Source of the DNA: an uncultured Clostridia bacterium
GTDB lineage: Bacteria; Bacillota; Clostridia; Oscillospirales; Oscillospiraceae
DNA length: 37,695 nucleotides
Assembly (NCBI GenBank): GCA_946061345.1
Contig: CAMGRA010000001.1
Span: 1 to 37,695, forward strand
Direction of reading: 5' to 3'
This document shows, piece after piece, positions 9,530 through 17,929 of this stretch. Within the stretch, counting starts at the first letter, position 1, and the number at the start of each line of letters is the position of its first letter. The translations under genes were made by a program, and so were the position numbers. The notes beneath the pieces were generated by a model, which had not been told where the DNA came from, ran no database searches, and saw nothing but the letters and a program-made list of their open reading frames with translations.

Positions 9530-11125
9530 ATGGCAGAGCAAGACAACAGAAGCCGCTCTGACCGTCCGTTGGAGGACAATTTATATCGCGAGCTGGACAC
9601 ACCTTGGGATGTGGAGGCGTTTTTGCAGAATAAAACGACGACTGCCGCACCGCCACGCAGTGAGGAGACGCAGCGCGTACCCTCGGAGCGACGGGAGCCG
9701 GAGCGGGTATACCGGATGCCGGAGGAACCCAGACCGAGGAAGAAAGCACCTCCCCGCAAGAAAACGCGGGTCAATGTGCGCGGCTGGGCAATTCTGATCG
9801 GCATTTGCCTGGCTGCGCTGATGGTCCTGGTTGGCCTGATCTTCCTGGTGGTCAGTCTGTTCTCCACCGACGCGCCGGAAGAGGACCAGACGCTTTACAC
9901 ATCACCCACAGTTGAGAGCGTTTCCCGGGAGGAAATTCTGAACGATATCCTTGCCCGGGCGGACCGTCTGGCTATGAGCTATGACTACGACGGTGCCGTG
10001 GCAGTCCTGGCTCAGTACGGCAGCGACTGGCTGGAGCAGCCGGAGCTGTCCCAGGCAAAGACCCGCTACCAGACGGCCCAATCCACCCTGGAAAAGGTCG
10101 AGGATACCAGGAAAGTGACTTTCCTTAGCTTCCGCAGCCTGATTGCGGACACAAAACGTGCCTTTGACGGGGATGAGGATGCTGAATCCTACAATCAATA
10201 TCATGTAACAATTAACGAGTTCAAGGCCATTCTGGAGAAACTCTATGAGGGTGGCTATGTGCTGGTCAGACCTCACGACCTGTTTACCACCAAGGTGGAC
10301 GACGACGGCAAGCAGACCTATGCACAAGGTGAGATTTATTTGCCCGCCGGGAAAAAGCTGCTGGTCATCGTGCAGGATGACGTGAATTATTATGCCTCCA
10401 TGGTGGATAGTGACGGCGACGGTCTGGCGGACGCCGGCGGTGACGGCTTTGCCTGCCGTCTGGCGGTAGATGCCGACGGAAACCTCACCTGCGATTATAT
10501 CGGCGACGACGGCAAGGAGAGCCAGGGCGACTATGACCTGGTGCCCGTTCTGGAGAGCTTCGTCGAGGAGCATCCGGACTTCTCCTATCGCGGCGCAAAG
10601 GGCGTCGTGACCGTGACGGGCAGTGAGGGCGTATTCGGCTACCACACCCACCCCGACTGGAAAGCCAAGCTGGGCGAGCGCTCCTATGCCCGGGAGATCG
10701 AGATGGCGCAGAATGTCGCCGCTTGTCTGAAGGCCAACGGCTGGGAGATCGCCAGCCATACTTACGCTCACATGAGCTACGGCGACGCTGACGCTTCTGC
10801 GATTTCTGACGACGTATCAAAATGGGAGACAGAGGTTCAGACCATCGTCGGTGACACAGATCTGCTCTTCTATCCGATCAAGGGCGGCCTGTACGAATAC
10901 AGCGGCGGCGGCTACGAGGCCATGCAGGAGGCGGGCTACCGCTTCTACTGCACCACCGGAACAGAGGCCAATGACATGCGTCTCCTGGACGGCTACATCC
11001 GTATCAGCAGGAGGCTGGTCGGCGGCTATTGGCTGGTCAACGAACCGGAGACCCTGAAAGACCTGTTTGACGCGAAAAAACTTGTCGATGAGGTCCGGCC
11101 CACACCCGTACTGCCGATTTCCTGA
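9530..11125 (+). CDS. Membrane-anchored polysaccharide deacetylase (CE4/NodB-like)
   Basis: Charged N-terminus, one TM helix, QDDVNYY, GWEIASHTYAH metal-binding motif, LFYP. Confidence 0.8.
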   Translation: MAEQDNRSRSDRPLEDNLYRELDTPWDVEAFLQNKTTTAAPPRSEETQRVPSERREPERVYRMPEEPRPRKKAPPRKKTRVNVRGWAILIGICLAALMVLVGLIFLVVSLFSTDAPEEDQTLYTSPTVESVSREEILNDILARADRLAMSYDYDGAVAVLAQYGSDWLEQPELSQAKTRYQTAQSTLEKVEDTRKVTFLSFRSLIADTKRAFDGDEDAESYNQYHVTINEFKAILEKLYEGGYVLVRPHDLFTTKVDDDGKQTYAQGEIYLPAGKKLLVIVQDDVNYYASMVDSDGDGLADAGGDGFACRLAVDADGNLTCDYIGDDGKESQGDYDLVPVLESFVEEHPDFSYRGAKGVVTVTGSEGVFGYHTHPDWKAKLGERSYAREIEMAQNVAACLKANGWEIASHTYAHMSYGDADASAISDDVSKWETEVQTIVGDTDLLFYPIKGGLYEYSGGGYEAMQEAGYRFYCTTGTEANDMRLLDGYIRISRRLVGGYWLVNEPETLKDLFDAKKLVDEVRPTPVLPIS

Positions 11126-11135
11126 GTGATACCAT

Positions 11136-11178
11136 AAAGAACGGCTTCTTCCGCGGATCAGGAAGAAGCCGTTCTTTT
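11136..11178. terminator. Bidirectional intrinsic terminator between convergent genes
   Basis: Perfect 17-bp stem aaagaacggcttcttcc/ggaagaagccgttcttt; overlaps the last codons of 11158..12495(-). Confidence 0.85.
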
Positions 11179-12495
11179 GGCATTGAGCATGGCCAGGACG
11201 CACCAGAAATAGGGGGCAGTAATGGGCTGGCTGATGCCGAAAAACGCCTGGATACAGTAGGCCAGCACCGCGGCGCCCAAGAGAGCGCATACCCCGTCTT
11301 TCGCTGAATTTTTGAGCCAGTGCACAGCAGAACAGACCAGCGCGCTCAGGTAGGCCGCCAGCGCAAAAATACCCTGATGATAGAGAATGTTGAGATACTC
11401 ATTATGAGCCGCGTCATAGACCTTGACACGCACTACCTCACCGGCAGCGTTGAGGATTTCCTCTTTCCCGACAGCTGTCAAGGAAAGTGTATCAGGGCCG
11501 GCTCCAAACCAGAGATGGTCCCTGCAATTCTGCAAAACCTGCCTCCAGATAAACATCCGCCCGGAGCCGTAGCTCTCTTTGAAATTCCCGTGAAGCATCT
11601 CGTGCAGCTCCTGCAGCTCATTCTGCGGAAGAACCAGAAAATAGACACCAATCAGACAGCCGGCCAGAAGAAGCGCAACGCCCCGGGCTATATGCTTTTT
11701 TGCCCTGGCACCGACGGGCAGCACCACGGGGAGGGAAAGCAATCCGCCCAGACCGACGCCGAGGAAACCGGCGGCTACGGAGATCTTCCATAGAATACAC
11801 AGGCACAAAGACAGGGGAATGGTCAGAAGAAACCGCAACCTGCCGGACAGCCGCAGAAGCGCGGCCCAAAAGACCGGTATGGCAATACAAAAGAATGCGG
11901 CGACAGAGTCGATGTTCCCGATGGTGCCGAGAAACGTCGCGCTGTAATGCAGAAAGGGGTTGGTTGCGCCGATTTCCGGAAACAGACCCAGAGGATTCCA
12001 ACCCAAAATTTGCAGGATGGAGATGATGCAGAAGGCTGTCACCGACACGCCAAAGCCGCAGAGCAGTACGGGACTTGGTACAAAAAATGAGGAAACACAG
12101 AGAAAGACCAGACAGTAGGCCGCAATGCACAACGCGCCCTCATTACGGTTCCCGCCGAGCCAGACGACGCTGCCGTAGTCGGACAGGAGGGCCGACAGCA
12201 GTGTAAAGAGCAAATAGAATAAAATGAATCTCTGCGGCCAGGAAGAACGCCTGATAGCGGAAACTACAGAGGCAAACCGAATTCTTCCGTGCAAAAGATC
12301 TCCCAAAAACAGGAAAAGCAGGCAGAAAAGATATACCGCGCTGAGGATCAGAAAATAGTTCGCCTTTGCCTTGGAGATGTCCGTCAGGCCGCCCTTGTGA
12401 AACCAGAGGGGAAAGACGGTTGCCATCAGAAGCAGATAAGCGCCGGTCACCAGAGTATAGGGGCTTTTCCGCACAGCTCTCTGTTTTTTTATCAT
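11158..12495 (-). CDS. O-antigen ligase (Wzy_C/WaaL-like) family membrane protein
   Basis: About 12 TM segments; GTIGNID, SGRMFIW, FGAGPDT and AHNEYLNILYHQGIFAL motifs. Confidence 0.85.
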   Translation of the reverse strand: MIKKQRAVRKSPYTLVTGAYLLLMATVFPLWFHKGGLTDISKAKANYFLILSAVYLFCLLFLFLGDLLHGRIRFASVVSAIRRSSWPQRFILFYLLFTLLSALLSDYGSVVWLGGNRNEGALCIAAYCLVFLCVSSFFVPSPVLLCGFGVSVTAFCIISILQILGWNPLGLFPEIGATNPFLHYSATFLGTIGNIDSVAAFFCIAIPVFWAALLRLSGRLRFLLTIPLSLCLCILWKISVAAGFLGVGLGGLLSLPVVLPVGARAKKHIARGVALLLAGCLIGVYFLVLPQNELQELHEMLHGNFKESYGSGRMFIWRQVLQNCRDHLWFGAGPDTLSLTAVGKEEILNAAGEVVRVKVYDAAHNEYLNILYHQGIFALAAYLSALVCSAVHWLKNSAKDGVCALLGAAVLAYCIQAFFGISQPITAPYFWCVLAMLNAKRTASS

Positions 12496-12518
12496 GGCTT
12501 CACCGTCCTTTCCTTATC

Positions 12519-12547
12519 ATTATAACGGCCTGAAAGACAGATTGCAA
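12519..12547 (-). promoter_or_regulatory. sigmaA-type promoter of the O-antigen-ligase-like gene
   Basis: TTGCAA-17 nt-TATAAT followed by AAGGAAAGGA. Confidence 0.7.
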
Positions 12548-12586
12548 TAAAAATACGCACCGCAAAGCTCTTGCGGTGCGTATTTT
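12546..12586 (-). terminator. Intrinsic terminator of the liv operon
   Basis: 16-bp stem aaaatacgcaccgcaa/ttgcggtgcgtatttt, T-rich tail on the minus strand, 21 nt after the livF stop. Confidence 0.85.
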
Positions 12587-12607
12587 GTGATCGTGCGCGG
12601 AACAGCA

Positions 12608-13309
12608 TCAGCCGCCCAGGTAGGCTTTTTTGACCTTGTCACTGTGGGCAAGCTCCTCGCCGGTGCCGGAGAGTGTGATCTTGCCCGTCTCCAGAACGTA
12701 GGCGCGGTCAGCAATGTCCAGCGCCATGCCGGCGTTCTGTTCCACAAGCAGAATGGTGGTACCGGCCTTACGGAGGTCCCGGATGATGCTGAAGATCTGC
12801 TCCACCAGGATGGGAGCCAGACCCATGGAGGGCTCGTCGAGCATCAGCAGCTTGGGCGAGATCATCAGGGCGCGGCCCATGGCAAGCATCTGCTGCTCGC
12901 CGCCGGAGAGGGTGCCGCCCACCTGCTTGCGGCGCTCTTTCAGCCGCGGAAACAGGGTGAACACATGCTCCAGGGCGGCATCGAAATTGCCCTTGCTGGT
13001 AAAGGCACCCATTTCCAGGTTTTCCTGGACCGTCATCTGCAGGAAGATGTGGCGGCCCTCCGGCACGTGGGCAAGACCCAGGCTCACCAGGCGGTAGGCC
13101 TCCATATGGGTGATGTCCTTGTCGCAGAATTGGATAGAGCCGCTCTTGGGGTGCATCAGGCCGGAAATGGTCTTCAGCGTGGTGGACTTACCCGCACCGT
13201 TGGCGCCGATCAAAGCGACGGTCTCGCCCTCATTGACCTCGAAAGAGATGCCCTTAATGGCGTGAATGGCGCCGTAGTAGACATGGATGTTATCAACTTT
13301 CAGCAGCAT
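12608..13309 (-). CDS. livF: Branched-chain amino acid ABC transporter ATP-binding protein LivF
   Basis: GANGAGKST, HVPEGRHIF, LSGGEQQMLAMGRALM, LDEPSMGLAP; start MLLKVDN after RBS GGAG. Confidence 0.93.
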   Translation of the reverse strand: MLLKVDNIHVYYGAIHAIKGISFEVNEGETVALIGANGAGKSTTLKTISGLMHPKSGSIQFCDKDITHMEAYRLVSLGLAHVPEGRHIFLQMTVQENLEMGAFTSKGNFDAALEHVFTLFPRLKERRKQVGGTLSGGEQQMLAMGRALMISPKLLMLDEPSMGLAPILVEQIFSIIRDLRKAGTTILLVEQNAGMALDIADRAYVLETGKITLSGTGEELAHSDKVKKAYLGG

Positions 13310-14156
13310 GGTCTCCGGCTCCTTTCTTTCCGAGATAGGCTTCAATGACAACGGGATCGTTGCAGATCTGCTCCGGCGTGCCCTTGGCGATGATCTTGCC
13401 GTAGTTCACCACGGCGATGCCCTCGCAGACGCCCATGACCAGATTCATGTCGTGCTCAATGAGCATGACGGCGATCTGGAATTCGTCGCGGATGCGGAGG
13501 ATGTGTTCCATCAGCTCGGCAGTCTCCGAGGGGTTCATACCGGCGGCAGGCTCGTCCAGCAGAATGATGGCCGGATTGGTGGCCAGGGCGCGGACGATCT
13601 CCAGACGCCGCTGTGCGCCGTAGGGGAGGGAACCGGCCTGGTACTGGGCCATGTCTGCCATGCCCATGAAATCCAGCAGTTCCATGCAGCGGGCACGGGC
13701 GGCCTTTTCGGCCTTGTAGTAGCCGGGCAGGTGAAGCATCGAGGTAAACATGGAGCATTTGATGCTGTTGTGCAGACCGACCTTTACGTTGTCCAGCACG
13801 GACATACCCCCAAAGAGGCGGATATTCTGGAAGGTACGGGCGATGCCCATTTTATTGACCTGGGCGGTGGTCATGCCCTTGGTATCGATGCCCTGAAGCA
13901 GGATGGAACCACGAGTTGGCTGATAGACGTTGGTCAGGAGGTTGAAGATCGTGGTCTTACCGGCACCGTTGGGACCGATGAGGCCGGCAATCTCCGTTTT
14001 GCCGATGGCGAGGGTGAACTCGTCTACGGCGGTCAGACCGCCGAAGTCGATGCCCAGGTTGCGGATGTCCAAAACGGGCTGCTTGCCCAGGTCACGTTCG
14101 GGGATGATGATGTCTGTCGGCAGCGGCACCATCTTTGTTTGCTGCTTCTGACTCAT
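13293..14156 (-). CDS. livG: Branched-chain amino acid ABC transporter ATP-binding protein LivG
   Basis: GPNGAGKTT, ARTFQNIRLF, LPYGAQRRLEIVRALA, LDEPAAGMNP, VIEAYLG. Confidence 0.93.
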   Translation of the reverse strand: MSQKQQTKMVPLPTDIIIPERDLGKQPVLDIRNLGIDFGGLTAVDEFTLAIGKTEIAGLIGPNGAGKTTIFNLLTNVYQPTRGSILLQGIDTKGMTTAQVNKMGIARTFQNIRLFGGMSVLDNVKVGLHNSIKCSMFTSMLHLPGYYKAEKAARARCMELLDFMGMADMAQYQAGSLPYGAQRRLEIVRALATNPAIILLDEPAAGMNPSETAELMEHILRIRDEFQIAVMLIEHDMNLVMGVCEGIAVVNYGKIIAKGTPEQICNDPVVIEAYLGKKGAGDHAAES

Positions 14157-15244
14157 TTCGCCGCCTCCTTTCTGGAAAAGCGCTTTTTCAGCTTCTCTTT
14201 CATGGTGATCTTAAACTGCTGGAAGCGGGTGTTGGCGCCAAGGACCATGAACAGAATCAGAACGACGGCGTAGATCAGCATACGATAGTCGTCGAAGCCG
14301 CGCAGCAGCTCCGGCAGCACCGTCAGCACGATAGCGGCGATAATAGAACCACGCAGGTTGCCCATGCCGCCCAGGACCACCATAACAAGGACGCTGATGG
14401 AGGTGTTGAAGTTGAACTTCTTCGGCTCGATGGCGGAGTAGTTCATGGCAAACAGGACGCCAGCCGCACCGGCCAGAGCAGCCGACAGCACAAAGGCCTT
14501 CATCTTGTAGGCGGTGACATTCAGGCCGACAGATTCGGCGGCAATACGGTTGTCGCGGATGGCCTTGATGGCGCGGCCTTCCTTGCTGTGGACGAAGTTC
14601 ATGATGATGACAAGAGTCACCATGACCAGAACAATGCCGGTTCCAAATGTGGAAATGCGGTTGGTGATGGAAGCGCCCTGGGGACCGTTGATGATAAAGG
14701 TGCCGCTCAGCTCCATGCCGTTGAACATGGCCGCGTGGAGGCCGTCGGCATCAATGGTCACATAGAGGCAGTTGAGAATGTTCTTAATGATCTCGCCAAA
14801 GGCTAGGGTGACGATGGCCAGGTAGTCGCCCCGCAGACGAAGCACGGGGATACCGATGAGGAAACCGGCAACACCGGCCAGCAGGGCACCGATGATGATG
14901 CCGAGGGTCATAAGCAGGGCGGGGCTATCAATGGAATTGCCCAGCATAGTCACGGCGACAACGCCGGAAAAAGCGCCTATGCTCATAAAGCCCGCGTGTC
15001 CCAGGCTCAGCTCGCCCATGATACCCACGGTAAGGTTCAGGGAGAGAGCCATGACGATGTAGACGCAGATGGGCACCAACTGGCCGCTCAGGCTGCGCTT
15101 GAGAACGCCGCCGGAATCAAGGCCGTAAAAGACCGCTAAGGCGATGGACAAAACGGCAAGGGTGATGAGGTTCTGCCGCGAGGTTTTCGATTTCCATAAA
15201 CGCATCGCTCTCACCTCAAACTTTCTCAGTGACTTTCTTGCCAA
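14153..15244 (-). CDS. livM: Branched-chain amino acid ABC transporter permease LivM
   Basis: GELSLGHAGF, LRLRGDYLAIVTLAFGEII, VVLGGMGNL; exact start uncertain. Confidence 0.92.
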   Translation of the reverse strand: MARKSLRKFEVRAMRLWKSKTSRQNLITLAVLSIALAVFYGLDSGGVLKRSLSGQLVPICVYIVMALSLNLTVGIMGELSLGHAGFMSIGAFSGVVAVTMLGNSIDSPALLMTLGIIIGALLAGVAGFLIGIPVLRLRGDYLAIVTLAFGEIIKNILNCLYVTIDADGLHAAMFNGMELSGTFIINGPQGASITNRISTFGTGIVLVMVTLVIIMNFVHSKEGRAIKAIRDNRIAAESVGLNVTAYKMKAFVLSAALAGAAGVLFAMNYSAIEPKKFNFNTSISVLVMVVLGGMGNLRGSIIAAIVLTVLPELLRGFDDYRMLIYAVVLILFMVLGANTRFQQFKITMKEKLKKRFSRKEAAK

Positions 15245-16097
15245 GCAGACCGTTGGGCTTGACCAGAAGAATGATGATCAGGACGGCGAAGACGATGGCG
15301 TCGCTCAGGTCCTGGCTGATGTAGGCACGGCCGAAGATCTCGATGATACCCAGCAGAAGTCCGCCGACCAGAGTGCCGGGGATGGAGCCGATGCCGCCAA
15401 GAACAGCGGCGGTAAAGGCCTTGATGCCGGGAATGGAGCCGGTGGTCGGGATCAGGACGGGATACATGGAACAGTAGAGCACACCGGCAACGGCTGCAAG
15501 AGCGGAGCCGATGGCAAAGGTAACGGCGATGGTGCGGTTGACGCTGATGCCCATCAGCTCGGCAGCCTGACGGTTTTCAGAGACGGCGCGCATGGCTTTA
15601 CCGGTCTTGGTCTTGCCGGTAAAGAGCGTCAGGCCGATCATGACCACGATACAGGTGCAGATACTGACGATGGTCTCACCGCGGATGGTGAGCGCACCGC
15701 CAAAGAGATGGAGGGGTTCAAAGGTCACGATAGAGGGGTAGACCTTCGTGTTGGAGGACCAGATCAGCAGCGCAGCATTCTGCAGCAGATAGCTGACGCC
15801 GATGGCGGTGATCAGCACCGCCAGAGAGGGCGACGAACGAAGGGGACGGTAAGCCAGCCGCTCGATGACCACGCCCAGAATGGTGCAGACGCACATGGCG
15901 ATCAGCAGTGCCAGCAGCGGCGGCACGTCCATGGAGGTGATGGTCACGAAGGACACGTAAGCGCCGATCATAATAACGTCGCCGTGGGCAAAGTTGAGCA
16001 TCTTGGCAATGCCGTAGACCATCGTATAGCCGAGGGCGATGATGGCAAAGACGCTGCCGAGGCTCAAGCCGTTAATCAGGTTGGATAAGAATGCCAT
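15216..16097 (-). CDS. livH: Branched-chain amino acid ABC transporter permease LivH
   Basis: ALGYTMVYGIAKMLNFAHGD, GKAMRAVSEN, KAFTAAVLGGIGSIPG; RBS GGAGG before ATG 16097. Confidence 0.93.
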   Translation of the reverse strand: MAFLSNLINGLSLGSVFAIIALGYTMVYGIAKMLNFAHGDVIMIGAYVSFVTITSMDVPPLLALLIAMCVCTILGVVIERLAYRPLRSSPSLAVLITAIGVSYLLQNAALLIWSSNTKVYPSIVTFEPLHLFGGALTIRGETIVSICTCIVVMIGLTLFTGKTKTGKAMRAVSENRQAAELMGISVNRTIAVTFAIGSALAAVAGVLYCSMYPVLIPTTGSIPGIKAFTAAVLGGIGSIPGTLVGGLLLGIIEIFGRAYISQDLSDAIVFAVLIIILLVKPNGLLGKKVTEKV

Positions 16098-16229
16098 AAG
16101 TAAACCTCCGTAACGGATGTCTGTATAAGCGGGGAAAGCGAGGATGGGCGCGCTGCAAAAGCCCATACCCTGTCGCCTGAGAGACGAGCAGAACCTTGCA
16201 GCGTGCCCATAATACAGTCAGTTCAATAC

Positions 16230-17369
16230 TCAGCCGGCATCCACATAGACGCCGTCCTTGATGACCACGGCGGCGGGAGCCTTGTCGACCTTGCCGTCAG
16301 TCCAGGTCATGTTGGCGCCGGTCAGACCGCTGAAGCGCATGGTGTTGAACTGTGCGACCAGAGCATCACAGATGTCCTCAGCAGAATCGCTGGTCTTGCA
16401 GCCGGCAGCGTTGAACGCCTGATAGATGGCGTAGATGCAGTCATAAGCATCGGCAGCGAACTGGTTGGGGGTCTCACCGTAGGCTTCCTGATAAGCTTTG
16501 ACGAAAGACTGGGTGGCTTCGTCGGGAGCATCGGCAGCAAACGGGGTCAGCAGCATGACGCCCTCAGCCAGAGAGGTGTCAAAGCCTTCGACGGTCAGAA
16601 TACCGTCCATGCCGTCAACGCCGAAGAAGATGGGAGCATAGCTGACGGAATTTGCGTAGTTGAGGATCAGGGAAGCGGGGGTGTAGTAGATGGGCAGGAA
16701 GACGACGTCTGCGCCGGCATCCTTCGCGGCGGAAACCTGGACGGAGAAGTCGGTGGTGTCCTCGGTGCAGGTGCTGACGGACACAACGTTGAGGCCCAGT
16801 TCCTTGGCCTTTGCATCAAAGGTCTGATAAATGCCGCTGGAGTAGGCGTCGCCGTTGTTGTAGATAACGGCAATCTTGGCATCGGCGAAGTGCTCGCTGA
16901 TGTACTGGGCGGAAGCGGTGCCCTGGTTGGGGTCGTTGAAGCAGATCTGATAAACGTTGTCCTTGCCTTCTGTGACCTTGGCGGAGCTTGCGGAGGGGGT
17001 CAGGGTGAAGATGCGGTCCTTGTAAGCCTCAGCGGAAACGGAGACGCAGGGGGTGGTTGTCACGGCGCCGACGAGAGCCTGCATGCCCCAGTCGACCAGA
17101 TTGTTGTAAGCGTTGACAGACTTTTCAGCGTCGTTTTCGTCGTCCTGCGGGTTGAACTCGATCTGGATGCCGCCCTTGGCGTTGATCTCCTTGACAGCCA
17201 GTTCAGCGCCGTTCTTGGCAGCGTTGCCGTAAATGGCTGCGCCGCCGGTCAGGGGACCGACAAAGCCGACCTTCAAAGCGCCGCTGTCGGCAGCACCGGA
17301 GCCACTGCAGCCGACAAACAGGGCCGCTGCCATGACCATTACCAATACAAATGCTACAACCTTTTTCAT
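16230..17369 (-). CDS. livK: Branched-chain amino acid ABC transporter substrate-binding lipoprotein (LivK/LivJ family)
   Basis: Lipobox LFVGC, KVGFVGPLTG, AVKEINAKGGI, FNDPNQG; RBS AAAGGAG. Confidence 0.92.
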   Translation of the reverse strand: MKKVVAFVLVMVMAAALFVGCSGSGAADSGALKVGFVGPLTGGAAIYGNAAKNGAELAVKEINAKGGIQIEFNPQDDENDAEKSVNAYNNLVDWGMQALVGAVTTTPCVSVSAEAYKDRIFTLTPSASSAKVTEGKDNVYQICFNDPNQGTASAQYISEHFADAKIAVIYNNGDAYSSGIYQTFDAKAKELGLNVVSVSTCTEDTTDFSVQVSAAKDAGADVVFLPIYYTPASLILNYANSVSYAPIFFGVDGMDGILTVEGFDTSLAEGVMLLTPFAADAPDEATQSFVKAYQEAYGETPNQFAADAYDCIYAIYQAFNAAGCKTSDSAEDICDALVAQFNTMRFSGLTGANMTWTDGKVDKAPAAVVIKDGVYVDAG

Positions 17370-17409
17370 TTTTCATTCTCCTTTCAAAATATGAACGAAC
17401 TGATTATAC

Positions 17410-17443
17410 AAAAACCGGCCACCGTCGAAAGGACGAGGCCGGT
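17410..17443 (-). terminator. Attenuator terminator in the liv 5' leader
   Basis: mRNA ACCGGCCUCGUC-CUUUC-GACGGUGGCCGGU-UUUUGUAU, between the leader ORF stop and the livK RBS. Confidence 0.8.
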
Positions 17444-17463
17444 AAAGTATACACCTTACACAA

Positions 17464-17670
17464 TTAAGCCATCGTGCGCTTTCGACAGGAAAAGCTGCGA
17501 ATTCGAAGGGCCAGGAAAAATACAGCTACCCCCAGCAGCAGGCCAATAAGCAAAATGATGGATACCATGGAAATGGCACCCATCATCATAAGGCAAATGG
17601 CCGCAGCAAAGCACACGTCGGAGCTGGACGCGGACATACACATATGATTCTGTCGGGAAAACATCTTCAT
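17464..17670 (-). CDS. Putative liv leader (attenuator) peptide, 68 aa
   Basis: Strong RBS AAAGGAG before the ATG; 18 Ile/Leu/Val and 9 Met residues; last codons are complementary to the downstream terminator. Confidence 0.75.
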   Translation of the reverse strand: MKMFSRQNHMCMSASSSDVCFAAAICLMMMGAISMVSIILLIGLLLGVAVFFLALRIRSFSCRKRTMA

Positions 17671-17707
17671 GACTGCGGCTCCTTTCGTGCTTGCTGAGTT
17701 TTGTATT

Positions 17708-17736
17708 ACTATAATTCTTTAACTTGTCAAAGTCAA
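17708..17736 (-). promoter_or_regulatory. sigmaA-type promoter of the leader-liv operon
   Basis: TTGACT-17 nt-TATAGT, with a nested TTGACA, about 40 nt upstream of the leader ATG. Confidence 0.7.
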
Positions 17737-17879
17737 GTGTGGATGTTCACAAAATGTTCAAAAATATAGAGCGCTTCCTGTACAGAATATACAAATTGTG
17801 TCTGATTTCGGCAAAAAAGAAGGGGATAGCTGCGGCAACACTAACAGCGTAGGGCACAGTGGTGCCTGCCGCTGCGGCC

Positions 17880-17920
17880 AAAAACCGCCGCCGTCACCGG
17901 GAATGACAGCGGCAGTTTTG
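17880..17920 (-). terminator. Intrinsic terminator after the DUF1624 gene
   Basis: mRNA AAAACUGCCGCUGUCA-loop-UGACGGCGGCGGUUUUU; the G-U pairs work only on the minus strand. Confidence 0.75.
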
Positions 17921-17929
17921 CATCAGATT

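Noticed and set aside
12537-12547. 11-nt identity TTGCAATCTGT between this promoter and the cdaR promoter (30131-30141)
   Set aside because: Six of the bases are the -35 box itself; the rest is compatible with chance.
17456-17641. His-rich 61-aa ORF overlapping the leader in another frame
   Set aside because: No RBS; a by-product of the ATG/ATT/ATC runs in the leader frame, which has the strong RBS.
17370-17700. T-box riboswitch as the liv regulator
   Set aside because: No GGUGGNACCGCG-type T-box sequence or stem I motifs seen; an ORF with RBS occupies the leader instead. An Rfam scan would confirm.
17845-17875. Extra hairpin (cagcg-ggcac/gtgcc-cgctg) beside the DUF1624 terminator as an sRNA
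   Set aside because: Short, no promoter seen; most simply part of the terminator region.
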